Shown here piece after piece: positions 19,467-26,860 of a DNA stretch of 36,781 nt (its first letter is position 1; every line of letters starts with the position of its first letter). Under the pieces are notes generated by a model. The model ran no database searches. It was given only the letters and a program-made list of their open reading frames with translations, and was not told where the DNA came from. This DNA comes from Candidatus Bathyarchaeota archaeon (GTDB lineage Archaea; Thermoproteota; Bathyarchaeia; 40CM-2-53-6; RBG-13-38-9), in NCBI GenBank assembly GCA_026015225.1, contig JAOZGV010000127.1:1-36781 (forward strand), read 5' to 3'. The position numbers and the translations under genes are program-made.

Positions 19467-20207
19467 TCATAATATATTTTCCATAATGCTTTTAATGGAT
19501 AAATAAGCCGGCGATGTTTGTGGCAATTTTAGTAATGATTTGCCCTCAATAACGTAAGATTCAACATTCTCATCATAATTGATTTTTCCAAGATATTTCA
19601 TTCCCATATCTTCTGCTCTCTTGGTTAAGTTATCAGGAAAACGATTCCCCCCAATAAGAAATATTTCTTTGAATTTTATTTTAACTTCTTTAATTATTCG
19701 ATAAGCCCTCTTGAAATGTTCAAATGATTTTTTCGACGAATCTAATATATCTATAATATAATCAACGTCGGAGGTTATCCTTCTATTTAGGTGTTCTAAT
19801 CCAGCCGGGGAATCGATTAGAACGTATTTGTAATTGTTAGCTAGAGTCGGGATTACTTTCTTTAAAATGTTATTTGGCATGCAATAGCATCCTTCCTTCC
19901 ATTTAGCTCCGATGACTATTAAATCAAAGAGATCTCCTTCGAATATCTTTTCAAGTATCTTTGGCTCTAATCTTTCCAGTGGCGAGGCGCCTGTAACACT
20001 ACCGCCTTCATCCATGAATTCGTAGAGAACATCAGATATAGTCTTCTCTACATCTGCTCCGACTAGGTCACCTAAATTTTGATCTGGATCTGCATCTATC
20101 AAGAGTATTGGGGTTTCACCGATTTCAATAAAATATTTAGCCATCAATGCTACTGAGCTTGTTTTTCCTGTTCCGCCTCTTCCCATAACAACTATTTTTT
20201 TCATCAT
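19467..20207 (-). CDS. CooC/AcsF-like P-loop ATPase (second paralog)
   Basis: 246-aa ORF with Walker A GRGGTGKT and a CxC motif (GCYCMPN). It lies immediately upstream of cdhA on the same strand. Confidence 0.8.
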   Translation of the reverse strand: MMKKIVVMGRGGTGKTSSVALMAKYFIEIGETPILLIDADPDQNLGDLVGADVEKTISDVLYEFMDEGGSVTGASPLERLEPKILEKIFEGDLFDLIVIGAKWKEGCYCMPNNILKKVIPTLANNYKYVLIDSPAGLEHLNRRITSDVDYIIDILDSSKKSFEHFKRAYRIIKEVKIKFKEIFLIGGNRFPDNLTKRAEDMGMKYLGKINYDENVESYVIEGKSLLKLPQTSPAYLSIKSIMENIL

Positions 20208-20359
20208 AAAAAAACTCCATAAGATTATCTAGAGAAAATGGATTAAAATCCTGTCTGAATAAAGTTCTGATATTTCATTTTTATTTAAAATGTTTTTTGT
20301 TTAACTAATTTAGGACAATAATATTGATTGGGTTAAAACCAGAAATTTGCAAGTAACAA

Positions 20360-21244
20360 TCAACGCTTTACTTGTTGTATCACATAATCAATAATTTTGC
20401 CTGCAATATCTATATCAGTTGTAGATTGGAGACCAGACCAACCTGGTTGAGAATTTATTTCAATAATTATTGGACCTTTTTCTGTTTCAATAAGATCAAC
20501 ACCAGCAACTTCGCATCCAATAGCTTGGGCAGCTTTTATGCTCAAATCTTCTATATCTGCCCTGCTATCCATCTTAATCGGTTTAGCGCCCTTACTAACA
20601 TTAGTTTTCCATGAGTTTGCAATTCTCTGCATGCAGGCTATAACCTCATCTCCGATAACAAAAGCCCTTACATCTTTGTTTTGATGGGGAATGAATTCTT
20701 GAATATAAATCACATTTCGATAGAATTTTAAAGTTCTAAAAGTTCTTTCCGCTACATCCATATCTGAAATTCTAGCTGTACCTATACCTTTAGAGCCGAA
20801 TAGCGGTTTGATAATAGCCTCCCCACCAAAATCTCTAAACGCCTTTAAACCTTCTTCTATATTTCTTGTTGCGATAGTTTTAGGGACTGGCAAACCCGAT
20901 TCTTCGAAAATTGATAAAGTATAATACTTATCAGCTGCTTTTTCTATCGCCGATGGTTGATTAATGACTTTTAACCCATTCTTATATAGCTTATGAAGCA
21001 GATCCAGTTGAAATATGATCTCTTCTAATGAACACCGCCCTATAGGCCTCACGATCATAGCAGAAAGGTCCTTCAGTAAATCTAAGTTTTCAAAAGAGAC
21101 GTATGGTTTATCGTTGACTCTTGCTACTAAATCTGTAAAATTAAAACAGATAGCCTCAATATTCCGATCATCTAAAGCTCCCCTAAGCTGAGAAGAACAC
21201 CATGATTTTTTATTTCTTGTGAGAATTCCAATTCTTGTTTTCAT
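20360..21244 (-). CDS. RimK-family ATP-grasp alpha-L-glutamate ligase (MptN/CofF/RimK-like)
   Basis: 294-aa ORF with ATP-grasp blocks (IIKPLFGSKGIG, IQEFI, DVRAFVIGDEVIA, GVDLIE, IIEINSQPGW). The specific substrate cannot be read from the sequence. Confidence 0.75.
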   Translation of the reverse strand: MKTRIGILTRNKKSWCSSQLRGALDDRNIEAICFNFTDLVARVNDKPYVSFENLDLLKDLSAMIVRPIGRCSLEEIIFQLDLLHKLYKNGLKVINQPSAIEKAADKYYTLSIFEESGLPVPKTIATRNIEEGLKAFRDFGGEAIIKPLFGSKGIGTARISDMDVAERTFRTLKFYRNVIYIQEFIPHQNKDVRAFVIGDEVIACMQRIANSWKTNVSKGAKPIKMDSRADIEDLSIKAAQAIGCEVAGVDLIETEKGPIIIEINSQPGWSGLQSTTDIDIAGKIIDYVIQQVKR

Positions 21245-21377
21245 TTAATTTCAAATACAGTAAAAGCAACTAATCTAAAAAAGATTGAGATGTTTTTAAT
21301 AACCACCAATTTAGGAATTATGAATGATTTAAATTGGTTTAGCAGAATATTGAATTTTTATTCAAAAGGTTTTCATA

Positions 21378-21992
21378 TTGATAAAAAGAGCGATAATCTC
21401 AGTTTTTGATAAAAAAGGGCTTAACAAATTAGTAAATGAGTTAGTGAAATGGAATGTTGAACTAATCTCAACTAGCGGGACTGCAGATATTATCAAGAAG
21501 ATGGGGCATAAAGTCATTAACATCTCAAATTATACAAATATGCATGAGGGGCCAGACGGACTTTTTAAAACATTGCATCCTATGATTCACGTTGGTATCA
21601 TCGGGAATCCTAGAAATCTCGAACATAAGGAATATATGGAAAAACATAAGATAAAAAAAATTGATTTGGTTGTGATTAATTTCTACCCATTTGAAGAAAT
21701 GGTCCAAAGAGGTAAATATAATTTATCAAAAGCAGCAAGCCATATAGACTTGGGAGGAGTTGCCCTTGCTAGAACCGCAGCTAAAGCCTCATTTCTTTAT
21801 GGTAGAGTTACTGTTCTCACATCTCCTAATCAATATGATTTGTTTTTGGAAGAGATAAAAAAAGTAGGTGGGGACGTCTCCGATGAGTTAAAATTATCAA
21901 TGGCTACTCAAGCTTTTGCACTCACTGCGTTTTATGACAAGGATATAAAAGATCATTTTTCAGATAAAGCAGAAGATAATCCACTTAAATAG
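21378..21992 (+). CDS. purH: Stand-alone IMP cyclohydrolase domain (N-terminal MGS-like domain of PurH; no AICAR transformylase domain)
   Basis: 204-aa ORF with a TTG start. AIISVFDKKGL, LISTSGTA, FKTLHPMIH and IDLVVINFYPF match PurH residues ~1-200. The ORF ends with a clean stop followed by a hairpin and T-tract. Confidence 0.8.
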   Translation: MIKRAIISVFDKKGLNKLVNELVKWNVELISTSGTADIIKKMGHKVINISNYTNMHEGPDGLFKTLHPMIHVGIIGNPRNLEHKEYMEKHKIKKIDLVVINFYPFEEMVQRGKYNLSKAASHIDLGGVALARTAAKASFLYGRVTVLTSPNQYDLFLEEIKKVGGDVSDELKLSMATQAFALTAFYDKDIKDHFSDKAEDNPLK

Positions 21993-22009
21993 CATTCTAT
22001 AAGGTTAGA

Positions 22010-22053
22010 GCGTGCTTTATTGATCGGGTTTTTAACCAGCACGCACTTTTTTT
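22010..22053 (+). terminator. Hairpin plus T7 tract downstream of the purH-like gene
   Basis: The stem is GCGTGCT (22010-22016) paired with AGCACGC (22038-22044), with a 21-nt loop. It is followed by ACTTTTTTT (T-run 22047-22053). The stem arms are copies of the GC-rich intergenic motif. Confidence 0.5.
22038..22046 (-). repeat. GC-rich intergenic motif GTGCGYGCT, exact copy
   Basis: The plus strand reads AGCACGCAC. It lies between the purH-like gene and trpB2. A near-copy, GAGCGTGCT, sits at 22008-22016 on the plus strand. Confidence 0.6.
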
Positions 22054-22173
22054 ATGTTTTTTTCAATTATTATAGGGAATTATATGAGTACTTAATGGTA
22101 CAAATAAGACTTAATAAGTTCTTAAAATAAGAAATGGTCTAATAAAATCCTAAAAGTTACGGAGAAGACCAGA

Positions 22174-23562
22174 TTGGTTGATAAAAAGAGAAAAATATTG
22201 TTGGATGAAGAAGATATACCCAAGCAATGGTACTGTATTCTCCCTGACCTGCCTAAACCGATGCCACCATTGATAGATCCAGCGACGAAAGAGCCTGGAC
22301 CAGGGATCGTCCCCCAAATATTTCCAAAGGAGATCCTCGCTCAAGAGATGAGTCAGGAAAGGTGGATAGACATTCCAGAAGAAGTGAGAGAAGTCTACCG
22401 TCTCTGGAGACCTACCCCCCTTATCAGAGCCTTTGGGCTGGAGAAAGCTTTGAAGACCCCCGCCAAGATTTATTACAAAAACGAAGGCGTCAGCCCTCCA
22501 GGAAGTCACAAACCCAATACTGCGGTTGCCCAAGCTTACTACAATATGAAGGAGGGAAAAGAACGTCTAGCCACGGAAACGGGAGCTGGCCAGTGGGGTT
22601 CAGCGTTATCCTTTGGTTGCATGACTTTTGATGTAGAATGTACCGTTTACATGGTTAGAGTTAGCTACGATCAGAAGCCCTACAGAAGGATTATGATGGA
22701 ACTCTGGAATGCCGAGGTGCATGCAAGCCCAAGTAATAAAACAGACGCAGGTAGAAAGATTCTAGAAGAAGATCCCAATAATTCTGGGAGCTTAGGAATC
22801 GCTATCAGCGAAGCTGTAGAAGATGCTCTAAATCATGAAGAAGCTAATTATTCTATAGGCAGCGTTTTCAATCATGTCCTCACGCATCAAACAGTGATTG
22901 GACAGGAGACCAAAAAACAGCTTGAATTGGTAGACGACTATCCCGACGTAATCATCGGGTGCATAGGTGGAGGCAGTAGCTTCTCAGGTCTCATGTGGCC
23001 ATTCTATTATGATAAAGTCTCAGGAAAAGCACCAAAGGACATAAAGTTTATAGCTACAGAGGCTACAGCTTGCCCCTCTATTACAAGAGGAGAATACGCT
23101 TACGATCATGGTGACACTGCGAGACTTACCCCTCTAGTAAAGATGCATACCTTAGGACATGATTTTATACCACCACCGATACATTCTGGAGGCCTGCGCT
23201 ACCACGGCATAGCCCCTACGCTAAGCGTCTTGAATCAAGCGAAGATCTTGGAGACACGAGCTTATAATCAGGTGGAAGTCTTCGACGCCGCAAGACTCTT
23301 CATCAAAAGCGAGGGTGAAATACCTGCTCCAGAACCAACTCATGCCATTAAAGGTGTTATTGATGAAGCATTGAAATGCAAGAAGACTGGAGAGGAGAAG
23401 ACATTGCTCTTCCTGCTTTGTGGTCATGGTCACTTTGATATGAAAGCTTATGACGACTATCTTCAAGGTAATCTGCAACCCTACGAGTACCCGAAGGAAG
23501 AAGTAGCGAAGGCTATGAAGAAACTAAAAGATCTATATCCTTGGTTGGGAACCGTGTCTTAA
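22174..23562 (+). CDS. trpB2: TrpB2-type tryptophan synthase beta-like PLP enzyme
   Basis: 462-aa ORF with a TTG start preceded by GGAGAAG. It has the long TrpB2-style N-terminus ([13 protein letters not shown]...), GSHKPN and GCIGGGSSF. It is markedly more GC-rich than its neighbours. Confidence 0.88.
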   Translation: MVDKKRKILLDEEDIPKQWYCILPDLPKPMPPLIDPATKEPGPGIVPQIFPKEILAQEMSQERWIDIPEEVREVYRLWRPTPLIRAFGLEKALKTPAKIYYKNEGVSPPGSHKPNTAVAQAYYNMKEGKERLATETGAGQWGSALSFGCMTFDVECTVYMVRVSYDQKPYRRIMMELWNAEVHASPSNKTDAGRKILEEDPNNSGSLGIAISEAVEDALNHEEANYSIGSVFNHVLTHQTVIGQETKKQLELVDDYPDVIIGCIGGGSSFSGLMWPFYYDKVSGKAPKDIKFIATEATACPSITRGEYAYDHGDTARLTPLVKMHTLGHDFIPPPIHSGGLRYHGIAPTLSVLNQAKILETRAYNQVEVFDAARLFIKSEGEIPAPEPTHAIKGVIDEALKCKKTGEEKTLLFLLCGHGHFDMKAYDDYLQGNLQPYEYPKEEVAKAMKKLKDLYPWLGTVS

Positions 23563-23574
23563 TTTTCCCTACCC

Positions 23575-23582
23575 TTTTTTTT
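23575..23582 (+). terminator. Oligo-T tract (archaeal-type terminator candidate) after trpB2
   Basis: A run of 8 T starts 13 nt after the trpB2 stop. Confidence 0.35.
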
Positions 23583-23631
23583 CAGTCCAAATATATCTTA
23601 AGATAATTAATATTAAAGAGGTGCAAGCTAG

Positions 23632-24270
23632 GATCAGATAGTCAATTCGACTAGACTGTTTCCAATACAATTTCTATAAGAACATGAAAAGATCAATCCC
23701 TCCAATTTCTATAAGCTAAGATCCAAACTAATTAGAGATGGATTTCAAAAAGACCCTATAATAATCGAAAATAAATACAATATTATTTTGGATGGTCACC
23801 ATAGAGTAAATATTCTGAAATCTTTAGGATGTTCACAAATTGCTGCATATTCAGTGGATTATCTAGATAATGAAGAAGTTCAAATTGAAACATGGTATCC
23901 AATAATCATACATTCTGTAATCGATCCACTTCGGTTATATAAGAAATATTTTTTTGATATCGATGAGAAAAAAAATAGCTATTCAAAGTTACTTTATAAA
24001 GAAAGAGTATTCAAATTGAATCTTACAAGAGAAAAAGCAATGCGGCTCATAAAAAGTCGGGCCAAAATTGCATATTTTTATTCAGAAGAATCAGCAAAGA
24101 ATATGGTCAAAAAAAGAAGAGCGATAGCAGCTCTCTCATTTGGTTCAATTTCAAAAGAAGAAGTCATAAACTATGCGCTTTTAGGAAATAAATTTCCTCC
24201 AAAAACGACAAGACATATAATACCAAATAGACCTAAAAATTGTTACGTGCCACTTGAAAAGTTGAAATAA
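23632..24270 (+). pseudogene. ParB/Srx-fold (DGHHR) protein, apparently disrupted by an in-frame TAA; the only intact ORF is 23788-24270 (TTG start)
   Basis: Frame-1 translation upstream of the track ORF reads ...TRLFPIQFL*EHEKINPSNFYKLRSKLIRDGFQKDPIIIENKYNIILDGHHRVNILK. This conserved-looking ParB-like N-terminal half (HE...DG.HR) continues upstream of the TTG. It is cut by TAA at 23677-23679. There is no ATG, GTG or TTG between that stop and 23788. Confidence 0.5.
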
Positions 24271-24367
24271 CTTAGTTCTATCACATAAAATTTAATTTAT
24301 ATCATGGTAATATTTTAAATAAAAAATAAGAAATAATTGAGAATCTAATTTTTTAGGTGATTTATAA

Positions 24368-24961
24368 TTGGCATGGGATGATTTTCCTGATTGGTTCAGA
24401 CGAAAGCGAAGATCCCCATTTTTTTCAGGAGGTTTTTTTGAAGATATCGATCAGATGATGGAAGATATGCTCAGAGAAATGGGGGAGTCGATTCCTAAAG
24501 AGCTTATAAGAGATGAAAAACTTCCCGATGGAAGTACAGTAAAAAGAATGGGTCCTTTCGTGTATGGTTATTCAATGACTATGGGACCTGATGGTAAACC
24601 AGTGATAAGGGAGTTTGGAAATATAAAGCAAACAAGGACTTCGGCCTTTGGGATGCCAAAACGCGGATTAGAGGTAAAGGCTGAACGCGAACCATTAGTT
24701 GATACATTCGATGAGAATGGCACTGTAAAAATTGTAGCTGAAGTCCCAGGTGTTGAAAAAAAAGATATTAACCTAGAATTGACTGAGAATTCTTTAATTA
24801 TCTCTGTAGACACTCAGAAGAGGAAATACTTCAAGGAAGTTGAATTGCCCACACAGATTGAGCCTGATAGCACAAAAGCACTTTATGTGAATGGTGTTCT
24901 AGAGGTAACTCTAGAAAAAAGAAGTAAAAAGGCAAGTAGCCACAAAATAGACGTCAAGTAA
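24368..24961 (+). CDS. Small heat-shock protein, Hsp20/alpha-crystallin family
   Basis: 197-aa ORF with a TTG start 7 nt after AGGTGA. The alpha-crystallin domain reads VDTFDENGTVKIVAEVPGVEKKDINLEL...NGVLEVTLEK. Confidence 0.88.
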   Translation: MAWDDFPDWFRRKRRSPFFSGGFFEDIDQMMEDMLREMGESIPKELIRDEKLPDGSTVKRMGPFVYGYSMTMGPDGKPVIREFGNIKQTRTSAFGMPKRGLEVKAEREPLVDTFDENGTVKIVAEVPGVEKKDINLELTENSLIISVDTQKRKYFKEVELPTQIEPDSTKALYVNGVLEVTLEKRSKKASSHKIDVK

Positions 24962-25097
24962 TATGCATAGTTATATAAATTGAACATAGAAACGCTCTAA
25001 AATTAGAATCGCATTTATCAAAAGTCTGATTGAGTTCTCTATTTATTGCAAAATTTTTCTTTTTTCATATCAGTATCAGTCAGGTTAATTGATAAGA

Positions 25098-25146
25098 GCA
25101 TCACACATTCGGAGTCATAGCAATGGGCTAATCTGAATGTGTGTGC
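25098..25146. other. Strong imperfect hairpin in the largest intergenic spacer (24962-25400)
   Basis: The arms are GCATCACACATTCGGA (25098-25113) and TCTGAATGTGTGTGC (25132-25146). They share a perfect 9-bp core, CACACATTC/GAATGTGTG, around an 18-nt loop. No ORF spans it. Confidence 0.4.
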
Positions 25147-25400
25147 AATTTAATGGATAGTTTCCTTACTAGCTCTTTTTAATACCGCTTTTTTTGTCTT
25201 TTAAACCGAAAAAATAGGTTTAAATCTGGCAACAGAGCGCTAGCTGCGGAGTATTTGTAGAACTATTAATATTCACAGAGTGAAAATCGATTAATATAAT
25301 AAAGATTTATAATAAGTAATTCCATTGTTTGATTTGCGCTTTAATATTTTTTCCTTTATTAGTACAAACTAGACATCAGAAATATTTTAAAGGAGTTGTG

Positions 25401-25718
25401 ATGACAATAGCCGAACCCTCTTGGGTTTCAACAATTGATGCAGATAAATTACTAGAAAACAAAAAAGCTGCCATATATCCTAAAGGATTACCTGTCCTTC
25501 TTATCAAGCAGGGGGGACGAATTCATGCTATTTCAAATAAATGCGCACATATGGCATGTCCATTGGCTGGAGGCGTATTAGAAGATTGTATAATAAGATG
25601 CCCGTGTCATAATTGGGGTTTCGATATTAAAACAGGCGAATTCTTAGACGCAAAAGAGATCAAAATACAAGTTTATCAGACTAAATTACTAGAAGGAAAA
25701 ATATATGTAAAAATTTAG
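25401..25718 (+). CDS. Small soluble Rieske [2Fe-2S] domain protein
   Basis: The motif is CAH-x16-CPCH (CAHMACPLAGGVLEDCIIRCPCH). I prefer the ATG at 25401, preceded by AGGAG at 25391-25395, over the track's TTG at 25329. Confidence 0.85.
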   Translation: MTIAEPSWVSTIDADKLLENKKAAIYPKGLPVLLIKQGGRIHAISNKCAHMACPLAGGVLEDCIIRCPCHNWGFDIKTGEFLDAKEIKIQVYQTKLLEGKIYVKI

Positions 25719-25729
25719 GAGGAAAAGTC

Positions 25730-25987
25730 TTGGAAAAAATATTTATGTATACTTTGAGCACTTGTCCTTGGTGCAGGAAGACGAAACAATTCTTCAAAGA
25801 GAAAAATATCGAATTTAATTTTGTCGATTACGATCTAGCTGGCGAGGAAGAACAAGACAAAATTCGTGATGAAATGAGTAAATATGGCAATGTAGCTTTT
25901 CCATTTGTAAAAATTGGCGAAGAAGTGGTTATAGGATATGATCCGGACAAGTATTCGAAGTTATGTGGGCTAACAGAAGGAAAATAA
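25730..25987 (+). CDS. Glutaredoxin-like / NrdH-like small redoxin (CPWC)
   Basis: 85-aa ORF with MYTLSTCPWCRKTKQFF and FPFVKIGEEVVIGYD, indicating a thioredoxin fold. The TTG at 25730 lies 7 nt after AGGAGG. An alternative ATG is at 25745. Confidence 0.85.
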   Translation: MEKIFMYTLSTCPWCRKTKQFFKEKNIEFNFVDYDLAGEEEQDKIRDEMSKYGNVAFPFVKIGEEVVIGYDPDKYSKLCGLTEGK

Positions 25988-25989
25988 GG

Positions 25990-26322
25990 ATGAATATAGA
26001 ATCCAGAAAAAAAGCTTTAAAATTTCTTTATCAAAGAGTTGTTGACCCCTTAGGGTATAAATTCAGTCCAGATAAAGACCTAGTTGATTTCTTATTGGAG
26101 CAAGAGGTAAAATTGAAACAAAAACATGGAATTCCTTTTTGCCCTTGTCAAGGACTTTCAAAAGATAGAGAAGAGAACATGAGAATTGTCTGTCCATGTA
26201 TACCTTTTCATAGAGAACATTTTGATGCGATGAAAAGATGTTGGTGTGGACTTTTTGTCCATAAGGATGTAACAAATTCCGATGAACTTAAACAGATCCC
26301 TGTTCATGAAATAAAAAAGTGA
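25990..26322 (+). CDS. Ferredoxin:thioredoxin reductase catalytic-subunit-like protein (FTRc/FDR-like)
   Basis: Three Cys pairs are present: FCPCQ, VCPCI and RCWCGLF. This is the CPC...CPC...C(H)C pattern of FTR catalytic chains. I prefer the ATG at 25990 (after AAGGA) over the track start at 25963, which would overlap the previous gene. Confidence 0.8.
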   Translation: MNIESRKKALKFLYQRVVDPLGYKFSPDKDLVDFLLEQEVKLKQKHGIPFCPCQGLSKDREENMRIVCPCIPFHREHFDAMKRCWCGLFVHKDVTNSDELKQIPVHEIKK

Positions 26323-26690
26323 ATAAGATGCAAGTTGAAGTTGGAAAAATAAACGAGTTGCCTCCTGGCGGTATGAAAGCGATCGAGGTAAGTGGTAAAG
26401 AGATCGTTCTTTGCAACTATGAGGGAAAAATATTTGCGATTGATAGGAGATGTGGACATATGAATGCGCCCTTAGACAAGGGTACATCAGAAGGATATAT
26501 AGTAACTTGTCCAATGCATAATGCTCAATTTGATTTGACTACAGGTGAGATTCTGAGTGATCCAATTCCTCGACCTCGCCCCTCAGATTTTATGCATTGG
26601 TTTGGAATGTTAATGTCTAATATTAAGACTCATAACATCAAGACTTATCCCGTTAAAATAGATGGTGAAACCATAAAGATAGAGATCTGA
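26319..26690 (+). CDS. Small soluble Rieske [2Fe-2S] domain protein (second copy)
   Basis: The motif is CGH-x16-CPMH (CGHMNAPLDKGTSEGYIVTCPMH). The GTG at 26319 overlaps the FTR-like stop. An alternative ATG is at 26328. Confidence 0.85.
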   Translation: MNKMQVEVGKINELPPGGMKAIEVSGKEIVLCNYEGKIFAIDRRCGHMNAPLDKGTSEGYIVTCPMHNAQFDLTTGEILSDPIPRPRPSDFMHWFGMLMSNIKTHNIKTYPVKIDGETIKIEI

Positions 26691-26740
26691 AAAAAATAAT
26701 TCTATTTGAAAACGAGCGTACACATCTTTAATAAATAAAA

Positions 26741-26748
26741 GCGCGCGC
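26741..26748. repeat. Degenerate relative of the GC-rich motif (GCGCGCGC)
   Basis: AAAAGCGCGCGCCTGAAA lies in the spacer between Rieske-2 and the MFS gene. GAGCGTACA at 26714-26722 is nearby. Confidence 0.35.
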
Positions 26749-26860
26749 CTGAAATAATTTTACAACATCATCTTAATTGTCTCTTAAATTCTGAATATTT
26801 ATGAAAATTTTACAAGTTTTATATTCTTATCCAGTCTATTAGAGCGATGTGTTGGACTAA

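Noticed and set aside
21378-21992. The short PurH considered as a truncated pseudogene.
   Set aside because: The ORF covers the complete IMP cyclohydrolase domain and ends at a proper stop, followed by a hairpin and T-tract. No AICARFT-like remnant is visible in the 180 nt downstream in any frame.
22150-22631. ORFs 22150-22533 (-) and 22362-22631 (+) overlap trpB2; 23221-23478 (-) does likewise.
   Set aside because: They are by-products of the elevated G+C of trpB2, which leaves fewer random stops. They have no recognisable motifs, and the TrpB2 frame is unambiguous.
25329-25400. Longer N-terminal extensions offered by the ORF track: Rieske-1 from TTG 25329, the FTR-like gene from 25963, the hisI-like gene from TTG 33687 and the amidinotransferase from TTG 35283.
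   Set aside because: Internal ATG codons with better SD-like sequences (AGGAG, AAGGA) remove overlaps with upstream genes. They also remove hydrophobic or basic leader sequences that do not match the families. The choice remains unverified.
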